From Macrostomum hystrix (lineage: Eukaryota; Animalia; Platyhelminthes), in the NCBI GenBank assembly GCA_950097015.1, contig CATNEN010000029.1, positions 992,001-1,056,000 of the forward strand: DNA of 64,000 nt. The letters are read 5' to 3'. Below are positions 23,597-36,334 of the stretch, piece by piece (the stretch's first letter is position 1; every line of letters begins with the position of its first letter). A model generated the notes under the pieces. It searched no databases. It was not told where the DNA came from and worked only from the letters and a program-made list of their open reading frames with translations. The position numbers were made by a program, and so were the translations under genes.

Positions 23597-23858
23597 GCAT
23601 CTGAGTGTGTTGAGAAAGTTGTTGCGGTAGCTCTTGCTGAAGGCGCAATAGATCCAAGGATTAACGCAACAGTTGCTGATGCCGAACCACTGGATTAATA
23701 GAAGGCCTTGCTCCAGGTGGACAACGTGGCTGTGATTCACGAAGTACATGATGCCAACGGCATGCAACGGCAGCCAGGAGATGGCGAAGATCAGGACTAC
23801 CGTAGCCAGCATCTTCACCAATCTGCTCATCTGCTTCTTGTCGTTAACATTTGAACAT
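23597..23858 (-). CDS. Neuropeptide GPCR exon 4 (TM6-TM7-helix 8)
   Basis: Encodes VKMLATVVLIFAISWLPLH (CWxP-like) and QWFGISNCCVNPWIY (NPxxY). Acceptor GCCAG| is phase 2; donor TGC|GTGAGT. Confidence 0.9.
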
Positions 23859-24287
23859 CTGGCAGCGGAAAGAATTAGCAGTTTTAGCAATTCTAACTCT
23901 ATGAACAGCATTAGCTAGCGATCTTGTCTTGCAGAGCGATCACTCAACAAGCGAGGAAAATATCTTTATTTGACTAGAAAAACTGCCTCAACAAAATGGT
24001 CAAATGGATGAGGTACTCAGATAGAGTACATAATGCCATAGGCACATTGTGAGCTAGTCTAGAAGTTTATTTAATATTTCAGAACTCCTATGACTAATTC
24101 ATATTGTTAGTGGTTTTCTTAGCTTTTTGTAGATGCCTGTAGCTAAATAATCGATAGCATGGGTCCGGTAAGTAGTATTAACTGTTTAATCGCAACAGGT
24201 TTTTTCTCTAACGCGGTCCTTTATTTGCCAGAATTGTTAAAACTGTTTCACTTTTAAGAAAGCGGCTTGTACAATCCTTGTAAAACA

Positions 24288-25660
24288 CTCGACTACAATC
24301 TTTCAACAACTCTCGGCTACAATCCTTGTGCAACTCTCAAATACAATCCTTGTAAAACTCTCGACTACAATCTTTGAACAACTCTCGGCTACAATCCTTG
24401 TGCAACTCTCAAATACAATCCTTGTAAAACTCTCGACTACAATCTTTGAACAACTCTCGGCTACAATCCTTGTGCAACTCTCAAATACAATCCTTGTAAA
24501 ACTCTCAAATACAATCCTTGTGCAACTCTTAAATACAATCTTTGTACAACTCTCAAATACAATCCTTGTACAACTCTCAAATACAATCCTTGTACAACTC
24601 TTAAATACAATCCTTGTACAACTCTCAAATACAATCCTTGTACAACTCTCAAATACAATCCTTGTGCAACTCTCAAATACAATCCTTGTGCAACTCTCAA
24701 ATACAATCCTTGTGCAACTCTCAAATACAATCCTTGTGCAACTCTCAAATACAATCCTTGTACAACTCTCAAATACAATCCTTGTGCAACTCTCAAATAC
24801 AATCCTTGTACAACTCTCGGCTACAATCCTTGTGCAACTCTCAAATACAATCCTTGTGCAACTCTCAAATACAATCCTTGTACAACTCTCGGCTACAATC
24901 CTTATGCAACTCTCAAATACAATCCTTGTACAACTCTCAAATACAATCCTTGTACAACTCTCAAATACAATCCTTGTGCAACTTTCAAATACAATCCTTG
25001 TGCAACTCTCAAATACAATCCTTGTGCAACTCTCAAATACAATCCTTGTGCAACTCTCAAATACAATCCTTGTGCAACTCTCAAATACAATCCTTGTGCA
25101 ACTCTCAAATACAATCCTTGTACAACTCTCAAATACAATCCTTGTGCAACTCTCAAATACAATCTTTGAACAACTCTTGACTACAACCATTGTACAACTC
25201 TCAAATACGATCCTTGTACAACTCTCAAATACAATCCTTGTGCAACTCTCAAATACAATCTTTGAACAACTCTCGGCTACAACCATTGTACAACTCTCAA
25301 ATACAATCCTTCTGCAACTCTCAAATACAATCCTTGTGCAACTCTCAAATACAATCCTTGTGCAACTCTCAAATACAATCCTTGTACAACTCTCAAATAC
25401 AATCTTTGTACAACTGTCAAATACAATCTTTGTACAACTGTCAAATACAATCTTTGTACAACTCTCAAATACAATCCTTGTGCAACTCTCAAATACAATC
25501 TTTGTACAACTCTCAAATACAATCTTTGTACAACTCTCAAATACAATCCTTGTACAACTCTCAAATACAATCTTTGTACAACTCTCAAATACAATCTTTG
25601 TACAACTCTCAAATACAATCCTTGTGCAACTCTCAAATACAATCCTTGTGCAACTCTCAA
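24288..25660. repeat. 24-bp minisatellite CAACTCTCAAATACAATCCTTGT(G/A)
   Basis: About 57 units in GPCR intron 3. Confidence 0.97.
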
Positions 25661-25662
25661 AG

Positions 25663-26280
25663 GTGAGAGATGAGACTGTGAGACATGAGACTGTGAGACA
25701 TGAGACTGTGAGACATGAGACTGTGAGAGATGAGACTGTAAGAGATGAGACTGTGAGAGATGAGACTGTGAGAGATGAGACTGTAAGAGATGAGACTGTG
25801 AGAGATGAGGCTGTGAGACATGAGACTGTGAGAGATGAGACTGTGAGACATGAGACTGTGAGACATGAGACTGTGAGAGATGAGACTGTGAGACATGAGA
25901 CTGTGAGACATGAGACTGTGAGACATGAGACTGTGAGAGATGAGACTGTGAGAGATGAGACTGTGAGAGATGAGACTGTGAGAGATGAGACTGTGAGAGA
26001 TGAGACTGTGAGACATGAGACTGTGAGAGATGAGACTGTGAGAGATCAGACTGTGAGAGATGAGACTGTGAGAGATGAGACTGTGAGAGATGAGACTGTG
26101 AGAGATGAGACTGTGAGAGATGAGACTGTGAGAGATGAGACTGTGAGAGATGAGACTGTGAGAGATGAGACTGTGAGACATGAGACTGTGAGACATGAGA
26201 CTGTGAGACATGAGACTGTGAGAGATGAGACTGTGAGAGATGAGACTGTGAGAGATGAGACTGTGAGAGATGAGACTGTG
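25663..26280. repeat. 15-bp minisatellite GTGAGA(G/C)ATGAGACT
   Basis: About 41 units abutting the 24-bp array. Confidence 0.97.
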
Positions 26281-26744
26281 TGCTGTAGTTGGTCAGGGAA
26301 TCTGAAAAGTCATATTTATTGCAGTGCGTTTTTTCTGTTTCTCAATTACTCAGTTGCTATTTCTGAACACGAACTGATTAATAGACTAGACTAATCAGGT
26401 AGGAAAATACGTATCTTGATTATGACTATGTCTCTCGGGCATGAGTTTATGATTTCTCATAGTCTGTGCCGTTATGACCCACTATTCCCACTGCAAGCGA
26501 CAGTAAAATTTTAATACGGCCCCTCGACGGGTTATTACCGTAATTCGATATCTCCAGCTATTTTAGTCTCTTGTTGTGCTTCTATTGCGCGCAATTCAAA
26601 GACTAAACTATGTTTCCACTGACGTCATAATCCCCTATCAGATTACATTTGAGAAAAATAAATTTATATTTGGTTAAGATAAATTAGAAACTTGATAGTT
26701 TGCTACAGAAGCGAACCAGATTTTTCGTGCAAAATAAACACGAA

Positions 26745-26806
26745 ATAGATAGATAGACAGATAGATAGACAGATAGATAGACAGATAGATAGACAGATAG
26801 ATAGAC

Positions 26807-26837
<31 letters not shown>

Positions 26838-26850
26838 CAGATAGATAGAC

Positions 26851-26898
<48 letters not shown>

Positions 26899-27035
26899 CG
26901 ATAGATGGATAGATAGATAGATAGACAGATAGATAGACAGATAGATAGATAGATAGATAGATAGACAGATAGATAGATAGATAGATCGATAGATGGATAG
27001 AAAGATAGATAGATAGATAGATAGATCGATATATG

Positions 27036-27092
<57 letters not shown>
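26745..27092. repeat. (GATA/GACA)n microsatellite
   Basis: Direct reading; ends about 24 nt from the exon 3 donor. Confidence 0.97.
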
Positions 27093-27115
27093 GTTTTCTA
27101 AGAAAGCGAACTCAC

Positions 27116-27436
27116 TTTCTAAGAAAGTCGTCCGGCTGGTTGGAGCGCCGGCTGAGCTTATAGGCCACGGTGGCATAGCAGGCCGCAATGAACAGCAGTG
27201 GCCCGGCGTACAGCAGAAAGAATATGACAACAATGTGATAGATCTTGCCGTGCAGTTCTCCCATTGTGTTTCCGCACACCAGGTAAGTCTTATTCCTCTT
27301 CGTAATTTCGCCTAGATCGTAGTACACCAGCCATGGGGACAGCAGCAGCAGGACGTAGAGCCACACACCGGCGATGATCCCGACTGTCTGCTTCTTGGAG
27401 AAGTGCCGCTTCAGCGGGCGACAGATCGCCAAGTAG
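27116..27436 (-). CDS. Neuropeptide GPCR exon 3 (DRY completion, TM4, ECL2, TM5)
   Basis: Acceptor TTCTAG|; CG+C completes DRYLAICRP. ECL2 Cys in YLVCGN; TM5 FFLLYAGPLLFIAACY; donor AGAAA|GTGAGT, phase 2. Confidence 0.9.
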
Positions 27437-27529
27437 CTAGAACGGTTTATGGTTGGAATTTTGAGTCTTCACTCGTGCTCAATTAAGCACCAGAGAGGCA
27501 ATTGTGCATCGAGAATTTCAAGAGGTTCT

Positions 27530-28245
27530 ATAGGGAAGACCATTGGGAAGATTCTATTGGGAAGATTCTATTGGGAAGATTCTATTGGGAAGATTCAATT
27601 GGGAAGATTCTATTGGGAAGATTCTATTGGGAAGATTCTATTGGGAAGATTTTATTGGGAAGATTCTATTGGGAAGATTCTATTGGGAAGATTCTATATT
27701 GAAGATTCTATTGGGAAGATTCTATTGGGAAGATTCTATTGGGAAGATTCTATTGGGAAGATTCTATTGGGAAGATTCTATTGGGAAGATTCTATTGGGA
27801 AGATTCTATTAGGAAGATTCTATTGGGAAGATTCTATTGGGAAGATTCTATTGGGAAGATTCTATTGGGAAGATTCTATTGGGAAGATTCTATTGGGAAG
27901 ATTCTATTGGGAAGATTCTATATTGAAGATTCTATTGGGAAGATTCTATTGGGAAGATTCTAATGGGAAGATTCTATTGGGAAGATTCTATTGGGAAGAT
28001 TATATTGGGAAGATTCTATTGGGAAGATTCTATCGGAAAAGTTCGATGGGGAAGATTCTAATGGGAAGATTCTATTGGGAAGATTCTATTGGGAAAAGTT
28101 CGATGGGGAAGATTCTATTGGGAAGATTCTATTGGGAAGATTCTATTGGGAAAAGTTCGATGGGGAAGATTCTAATGGGAAGATTCTATTGGGAAGATTC
28201 TATTGGGCAGATTCTTTTGGAAAGATTGCAATGGGAAGATTCTTT
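27530..28245. repeat. 14-bp minisatellite TTGGGAAGATTCTA
   Basis: About 50 units making up most of GPCR intron 2. Confidence 0.96.
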
Positions 28246-28378
28246 TGAAGACTCCTATCTACGAGTGTGTGAGATAAACTTGGGATAATATATTTTGTGA
28301 CGAATTTATTGGGAAGAAATTGAATTCAAACAGTACGTTTGAGAACGAGCATCATATTTGAAACTATGTAATGCGTAC

Positions 28379-28478
28379 CGATCGAAGGCGATGACACTGA
28401 AGGTGGTGACGGAGGCGGCAACGGCAACTCCCTGCAGGTAGGGCATCGCCTTGCACAGAGCCTTACCGGCGACCCAGT
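28379..28478 (-). CDS. Neuropeptide GPCR exon 2 (ECL1-TM3)
   Basis: Not in the ORF track. 100 bp encoding (N)WVAGKALCKAMPYLQGVAVAASVTTFSVIAFD(R). Acceptor TTCTTCGCCGCAG|, donor CG|GTACGC; phases 1 and 2 fit the neighbouring exons. Confidence 0.9.
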
Positions 28479-28529
28479 CTGCGGCGAAGAAAATGTGAGC
28501 AGGGTTGAGATTCTCGCTTTGACTTGGGC

Positions 28530-29500
28530 TTGATGAAGGGAGAGAATGTTGGGTTGATGAAGGGAGAGAATGTTGGGTTGATGAAGGGAGAGAATGTTGG
28601 GTTGATGAAGGGAGAGGATGGTGGGTTGATGAAGGGAGAGAAGGGTGGGTTTATGAAGGGAGAGAATGGTGGGTTGAAAAAAGGGAGAGAAACGTAGGTT
28701 TGATGAAGGGAAAGAAGAGTAGGGTTGATGAAGGGAAAGAAGAGTAGGGTTGATGAAGGGAAAGAAAAGTAGGGTTGAAGTGAGAGAAGAGTAGGGTTGA
28801 TGAAGGGAGAGAAGAGTAGGTTTGATGAAGGGAAAGAAGAGTAGGGTTGAAGTGAGAGAAGAGTAGGGTTGATGAAGGGAGAGAAGGGTGGATTGATGAA
28901 GGGAAAGAAGAGTAGGGTTAATGAAGGGAGATAAGCGTAGGTTTGATGAAGGGAGAGAAGTAGGGTTGAAGTGAGAGAAGAGTAGGGTTGATGAAGGGAG
29001 AGAAGTAGGGTTGAAGGGAAAGAAGAGTAGGGTTGATGAAGGGAGAGAAGGGTGGATTGATGAAGGGAAAGAAGAGTAGGGTTAATGAAGGGAGATAAGC
29101 GTAGGTTTGATGAAGGGAGAGAAGTAGGGTTGAAGGGAAAGAAGAGTAGGTTTGAAGTGAGAGAAGAGTAGGTTTGATGAAGGGAGAGAAGTAGGGTTGA
29201 AGGGAAAGAAGAGTAGGGTTGATGAAGGGAGAGAAGGGTGGATTGATGAAGGGAAAGAAGAGTAGGGTTAATGAAGGGAGATAAGCGTAGGTTTGATGAA
29301 GGGAGAGAAGTAGGGTTGAAGGGAAAGAAGAGTAGGTTTGAAGTGAGAGAAGAGTAGGTTTGATGAAGGGAGAGAAGTAGGGTTGAAGGGAAAGAAGAGT
29401 AGGTTTGAAGTGAGAGAAGAGTAGGTTTGATGAAGGGAGAGAAGTAGGGTTGAAGGGAGAGAAGAGTAGGGGTGATGAAGGTAGGTAAGCGTAGGGTTGA
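28530..29500. repeat. Purine-rich degenerate minisatellite (GGGTTGATGAAGGGAGAGAAGAGTA-like)
   Basis: Variable-length units with block duplications. Confidence 0.9.
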
Positions 29501-30046
29501 TGGATGGCTGTTGAATAAGTAGTTTTTCTCAGATAATCCATAAATACATTAGGATGGGGTGTATTTGGGAACAGTTACTGTCAAGACTATTCAACTGGTT
29601 GGTACACGCCTTTACAAAGTGTTTTGCATGTGTTTCCGGGCACTTTATTAAATCGCAGACTGGATTCCATAGTTGGGAGTGATTTTCTCGAGTGGTCAAT
29701 CTTCTAAGCGGAGCGAGAGAGGTCAGAGCCATAATCTCAGTGATCACGTGATGGCGCGCCAATTTCTAGGCGAACAGTTCCCAGCAATGTAGTAACATTC
29801 GGATTATCTAAAGAACACTGTTGGTTCAAAACACCAGGGAAGGCGTTAATCCAAGCGAGATTTGGGCGAGCACTAAAAAACATGGCCAGTATTTTACGCC
29901 AGCCAGATTAAGCAGCACGCAAGAGCCCCTTCCCCAGATCTCATTTGCCTTGGCTCGTTCCTTTGAGTCTGCGCTTCGAATTACTGGAAAAGTCCTGCCG
30001 GATGCCTGCTCTGAAAGCAATCAAACATTCATTCGGGGCCTCCTGA

Positions 30047-30692
30047 CCTTCAGTGTATCCCTCACTGTACCCTCGTGACCTTCAGCGTATCCCTCACTGT
30101 ACCCTCCTGATCTTCAGTGTGTCCCTCACTGTACCCTCCTGATCTTCAGTGTGTCCCTCACTGTACCCTCCTGATCTTCAGTGTGTCCCTCACTGTACCC
30201 TCCTGATCTTCAGTGTATCCCTCACTGTACCCTCCTGATCTTCAGTGTATCCCTCACTGTACCCTCCTGATCTTCAGTGTATCCCTCACTGTACCCTCCT
30301 GACCTTCAGTGTATCCCTCACTGTACCCTCCTGATCTTCAGTTTATCCCTCACTGTACCCTCCTGACCTTCAGTGTATCCCTCACTGTACCCTCCTGATC
30401 TTCAGTGTATCCCTCACTGTACCCTCCTGATCTTCAGTGTATCCCTCACTGTACCCTCCTGATCTTCAGTGTATCCCTCACTGTACCCTCCTGATCTTCA
30501 GTGTATCCCTCACTGTACCCTCCTGATCTTCAGTGTATCCCTCACTGTACCCTCCTGATCTTCAGTGTATCCCTCACTGTACCCTCCTGATCTTCAGTGT
30601 ATCCCTCACTGTACCCTCCTGATCTTCAGTGTGTCTCTCACTGTACCCTCCTGATCTTCAGTGTGTCCCTCACTGTACCCTCCTGATATTCA
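30047..30692. repeat. 32-bp minisatellite TTCAGTGTATCCCTCACTGTACCCTCCTGATC
   Basis: About 20 units. Confidence 0.97.
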
Positions 30693-31869
30693 GTGCACTC
30701 TAAATCTTTAGCAAATTGCAGTCAGGGCGAGAATTTAGTGCAAAGGAATTTCAGTTTCCTGCATGCTTTCAGCTAGATAACAGGATTATTCCACAGAAAA
30801 AAAAGTTTTTTTGTTGATGCTAGATAAACTTATGATTGCCTAACAACAGCTGATTTACAAATGTAATACAATTTCGATACCTGCACAGGCATCAAGATTT
30901 ACATCTGTCTGTCTGTCAGAGAGTCTGGCGTTTGCAAAAACTTGCCCGCTTGTGATTCGGCATAATAAAACTAATTAGGCATCGTCTATATTATCTAATA
31001 CACTTACTAATACTTCAAGAATATTGCAAACTCTCACATTTTCTTCTAAAAGCCACTCATACAAAGGAGTTTTTTAAAAATAATTTTTCGTCACGCAATA
31101 CAATCTGATTCAAGAAGCTTAATGAAGCTTAATGACATATTTTCATTTTAAATCAATGACCAACCCTAGTGGGGCTCGCTAGAATGGAAGGGATTTAGTT
31201 TGTCTACTGGCATTTCCCAACCGCGCAGCCGTATATTGATGATGTTCGGTTGAATGCCTAAGCTATACGGCCTGAAGGCTACCCGTCTCAAACTTTCAAG
31301 AATACTTCCAGACAGGCAATTAATCAGTTCAAGCCTTTCTGCGGTGTTTGGAGTCTGGGGGAAATAGGATGAAGGCTTGGGTGTGAAGGATATTTAAGTG
31401 AGACTTCCCAGTCGAGAATTTTTTTCACCAAGAATCCCCTTGCTCAGTAGGGGGATTTTGAGTTTTTAAAGTCCCACCAGGAGAAGGCGGGCGGTAGTGA
31501 CTGAGCACGTTGGCCGTGAAACTAAATTAGCTTTGGTATGACAGTGACTGATAGCCTTGCAATAATTAAAATTAGGAATTAGATTTTGTCTATTTATCGA
31601 AATAATGGGCGATTAATTTTTGTCTACTGCAGGATAATTAGCCTCCATCAGTTACCTTCTTGCCTTGCTGCGATCACTGAGTGCCCGGGTTAGTAATTAT
31701 GTTGACGAAGAAAAATCACCTGCCAGTTCATTGCCCGTCACAAAATAAACTGATTATCTAAATCTGCCTATTTTATTTGATGTTTTCCGAGAAGATAGGA
31801 GCGACCTTCTTTGTCCCATCTGATGCTCATCGGTAAACTCTTTAGGGTGTATTTCAATTTTTAACAAAT

Positions 31870-32545
31870 TTGGACACGTTTTCAAACTCGTCAGACAAAT
31901 TTGGAAACCTGTTAGACACAGCTGTAAACCTGTTAGACACATTTGGAAACCTTGTTAGACACGTTTTTATACAGCTAAAAACTTTTAGACATATTTAAAA
32001 ACATACTTAACACAGCTGTAGACCTGTTAGACACAGCTGCAAACCTGTTAGACACATGATACCCTCATGGATAAGAAAATCTGCAAGACACATTTGAAAA
32101 CCTGTTAGAGACATATGGAAATCTGTTAGAGACATTTGAAAACCTGTTAGAGACATTTGGAAACCTGTTAGAGACAGCTGCTAACCTGTTAGAGACAGTT
32201 AAAAACCTGTTAGAGACATTTGAAAAACTGTTAGAGACATTTGAAAAACTGTTAGAGACATTTGAAAAACTGTTAGAGACATTTGGAAAACTGTTATAGA
32301 CAGCTGCTAACCTGTTAGAGACAGTTGAAAACCTGTTAGAGACATTTGAAAAACTGTTAGAGACATTTGAAAAACTGTTAGAGACATTTGAAAAACTGTT
32401 AGAGACATTTGGAAAACTGTTAGAGACATTTGAAAAACTGTTAGAGACATTTGGAAAACTGTTAGACACAGTGACGGACCCAGCTGTTAGAGAAAGTTTC
32501 AAATCTGTTAGACACAGCTGCCAACCTGTTAGACAAATTGTTAGA
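31870..32545. repeat. ~21-bp minisatellite ACATTTGAAAAACTGTTAGAG
   Basis: Homogeneous centre with degenerate edges; a similar motif occurs at ~63505-63560. Confidence 0.9.
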
Positions 32546-32914
32546 CAAAGTTTAGCATTGTGTTCGCAGCAATAGAAGCCATGCAGTTTAAATTGCGACC
32601 CGTTGCTGAAAAGCCGAATAGGACAGTTTGCTCTTTTAAAGTCACCATTTGCGGGCAGTCAGCAAGCATGGGCGGGAAATGGACGAGATGAGTCCGGATG
32701 ATTTTTTGGTTTTGGCGACCTAGCAAAAAAGCTTTATTTAATGGCAATGCCTATTAGGCCATTACGCTGGCTAAAAGCGAACTGGTGGATGTTGCCTGAG
32801 GTGGAGCCTGCCAAACAATGCCAACACAAATTGCAGGTTGGATGGACGAAAAAAATCTATAGGATAGCAACACTCCAATACAATGCTAAAATGTGATGCA
32901 GAAAAAAAGTGAAA

Positions 32915-32945
<31 letters not shown>

Positions 32946-33230
32946 ATTCTTTCAGTTGTCAGTTTAGTTAATTGGTTCTGTCCTGTGTCAGTTTTTTCCT
33001 ATTTTTATCAGCATAAGTCAAAGAAAAGAACAATATTGTGTGAGATTGAGTGCGCGTGTTGGGGATATTTTTAGTAGCCCATCACCACTGACCAGAAAAA
33101 AAACAAATTTTTCTACTATAAGAAACATTATTTTCATAAAAAAACATGGCATATGCTACAACAGCGATATTGTAGCCTATTGCATAAAGCTGCGTTTAAT
33201 TTAGGAATATCAAAACACTGGTTGCCGGTG

Positions 33231-33500
33231 GCACCAGTCAGAGACTGTCTATGGTAAAAACTAGTCGAAATTGCATCAATTTAGTATCATCAAAAGACTG
33301 ACTGTCAGTAGCACCAGTCAGATACTGTCTATGGTAAAAACTAGTCGAAATTGCATCAATTTAGTATCATCAAAAGACTGACTGTCAGTAGCACCAGTCA
33401 GATACTGTCTATGGTAAAAACTAGTCGAAATTGCATCAATTTAGTATCATCAAAAGACTGACTGTCAGTAGCACCAGTCAGATACTGTCTATGGTAAAAA
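33231..33500. repeat. 80-bp tandem repeat, about 3.3 copies
   Basis: GCACCAGTCA recurs at 33231, 33311, 33391 and 33471. Confidence 0.92.
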
Positions 33501-33639
33501 ATGTCGCAACTGCGTTCAATTTAGAAATATCAAATTGAATGATAGCTTTTCTAAACTACTTCGAGTCTACGAGATCTGCGCTCGAAAAAAGAAATTTTCT
33601 TGTAAAAATAATTGGTCCTAAATCAGGCCAGATTTGCAG

Positions 33640-34616
33640 CCGACAGCACAGCAGCTGCAGCTCTAGCTGTACTCTCAATTACCCCAGCTAATGCTGGTAC
33701 TCATCTAACAGCTGTGTGAACTGAAGCAATGCGGAGTAAAGTATCTAAATGGGCTTTTCGTTCAATCACAGACCTACTTTAACCGTTATAGCTAATATTC
33801 ACTGAATCCGGATTCGAACCCCTGACCTACAATTCGTGAGTCCGACGCTCTAACCCAGGGGTCGTTAAACTTATTAGTTAGCGGGCCAAAGAGAAAACCT
33901 AAAAGACGATAGCGGGCCGCATTGACTGTAGAAAGATGAGACACGGGAGAGATGGGACACGGAAGTGATGAGACACGGGAGAGATGAGACACGGGAGGGA
34001 TGAGACACGGGAAACATGAGACACGGGAGTGATGAGACACGGGAGTGATGAGACACGGGTGAGATGAGACACGGGAGTGATGAGACACGGGAGTGATGAG
34101 ACACGGGAGTGATGAGACACGGGAGAGATGAGACACAGGAGAGATGAGACACGGGAGTGATGAGACACAGGAGTGATGAGACACGGGAGAGATGAGACAC
34201 GGGAGAGATGAGACACGGGAGTGATGAGACACGGGAGTGATGAGACACGGGAGAGATGAGACACGGGAGTGATGAGACACGGGAGTGATGAGACACGGGA
34301 GTGATGAGACACGGGAGTGATGAGACACGGGAGAGTTGAGACACGGGAGTGATGAGACACGGGAGTGATGAGACACGTGAGTGATGAGACACGGGAGAGA
34401 TGAGACACGGGAGAGATGAGACACGGGAGTGATGAGACACGGGAGTGATGAGACACGGGAGAGATGAGGCACGAGACAGATGAGACAGGGGAACGATGAA
34501 ACAGTAGGTGTCGGAAGGAGCAACGGGTCGGATTTGGGAGCTTCGAGGGCCGCATCTGGCCCGCGGGCCGGAGTTTGCCTACCCCTGCTCTAACCGCTGG
34601 GTTACTTGGCTATAAA
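33640..34616 (-). mobile_element. tRNA-derived SINE family A, split by the hAT MITE (pieces ~33640-33855 and 34596-34616)
   Basis: Removing the MITE and one TSD restores AGTAACCCAGCGGTTAGAGCGTCGGACTCACG...GGGGTTCGAATCCGG, homologous to 43860-43920. Confidence 0.8.
33856..34587 (-). mobile_element. Non-autonomous hAT transposon (MITE) with internal 16-bp minisatellite
   Basis: TIRs CAGGGGTCGTTAAAC and (reverse complement) CAGGGGTAGGCAAAC. Perfect 8-bp TSD CTCTAACC at 33848-33855 and 34588-34595; subterminal GGCCCGC motifs; no transposase. Confidence 0.93.
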
Positions 34617-35388
34617 CGATGTCATCAAATCTCTCGAATGTGTAAGTACATTGCGGGTATTTTAATATCCAGCAACAAATGCAGTACTTATTGTTAAGTT
34701 GTACTGTCAATTAACTATAAATAATGAATGGTCACCGAAGATCAGGCTGAGCAAAGTAACTCATTATAACTTGTCCCACCTCAAGCAAAGGTAAGGCGAT
34801 CATTTTAGTGAATTTTTAATGAGAACTCATGTGAACTTCTGTTGTCTATGCTTGAACTGGACTGGGGAACCGAAATGTGGTCTCAGAGACAGAGAAGTGC
34901 TCAATTGAGAATAGGCGGAGCAGGATGGGCTGGGATGATGCTATCCCAGCAGCCGCATGCCATACTCAGGCGGGACCTAATTCAATTGAAAATTGATGCC
35001 GCAAGCATCGTTGCGACGGTTTCCTGAGTGTCAGCCAGCTGCTGTGTGTCTCTAAAGCTTGATTTTTTTCTATAATCCCCGATTCTGCACCAATGCGCAG
35101 CAGCATCAGCAGCAGCAGCTCCAGGATAAATTTGGAAATACGATTATTGATTATTTTTTTCTGATGCGAACTATTCGACCTGTCACACTTTCCCTTATCA
35201 GTGATTCCAGGCACTGGACTGAGTTAGAGATTTTCTGGAGAGATGGTCAGAAAAGTACTAAGTGATTGTACTTTGCTTGCTGGCCTTCTGCTTACGGACG
35301 TGTTGGGCCTTTTTGTGACAATCGATTGTTAAAGAAAATGTTTTTTTAATGACTAACTATCTGCTTGCTCTGTCTCTCTGCCAAAAAT

Positions 35389-35612
35389 CTGACTGCCTAC
35401 CTGACTGTCTACCTGACTGTCTACCTGACTGTCTACCTGACTGTCTACCTGACTGCCTACCTGACGGTCTACCTGACTGTCTACCTGACTGTCTACCTGT
35501 CTGTCTACCTGACGGTCTACCTGACTGTCTACCTGACTGTCTACCTGACTGTCTACCTAACGGCCTACCTGACGGTCTACCTGATTGTCTACCTGACTGT
35601 CCATCTGACTGT
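35389..35612. repeat. 12-bp minisatellite CTGACTGTCTAC
   Basis: About 18 units. Confidence 0.93.
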
Positions 35613-36334
35613 TAACAAGCGTTAGTTAAGCCAAGTCTCCCTATTAATTTTGAAAACCTTTACAAAAGTACTAATTAGTGCAAGGTAGGCAATCCTTGAC
35701 TGACACCCGATTGGACATTGCCCTCTATCATTAGCAAAGTTACACTAGACTGGCTGTCAGTTTTTTGACAGTGATTAATAATTACCTCACCAACACGATG
35801 AAGCGAACGTCTGTTTACCTCATTCTTGGCCTTCGTTAACCTTCCTTAGCGGCCTCAGAGATCTCAGACAAACGAATATTTGGTATTCCATTGCAATCGC
35901 AAATTGCAAACGCTGGCACTCTCTAGTGCCTGTCTGATAATCACGGATGAAAAAAAATTCCTAAGAAATTATAAAGTACTATTATCGTGTAGCTACAAAT
36001 AAATGCCAGAGCTATCCACGATTGTGGCAAAAATTTTACAATAAAAAGCCAGCACAGGAAAATATAACTCCAATAACACTTAATGCTATGCATTAGCGGA
36101 TTCCATTTTAAGCATCGCCTTTCACTCTTACCAGGGTGTCGCAACGATAGCATCATACATTTTCTACCTCAAATTTTTCCTTTCTCTGAACAGGTACCAG
36201 CACTCTAGTCTAATTAGGATCGGTACTAGACTATTCTAGGATGTATAGAGACGAGATATTTCGAGAAGTTTTAAAAACAAAGAAAAATAGAATTGGTTGA
36301 GATTTTAAAAACTTTCAATTATCGCCACTCACTG

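Noticed and set aside
24303-26394. Long ORFs of 327 and 688 aa (and similar ones at 1890-2552, 19275-20159, 20281-21387, 27449-28288, 33792-34555, 36293-37182, 39257-40384, 57040-62264)
   Set aside because: They are translations of stop-free minisatellite units, with peptide period set by the DNA unit. Several lie inside introns of the modelled genes.
29500-31750. Non-repetitive stretches in GPCR intron 1 (also 34700-35340 and 37200-38280) as nested genes or LINE remnants
   Set aside because: No ORF with recognisable motifs, consistent splice phases or RT/endonuclease signature was found by eye.
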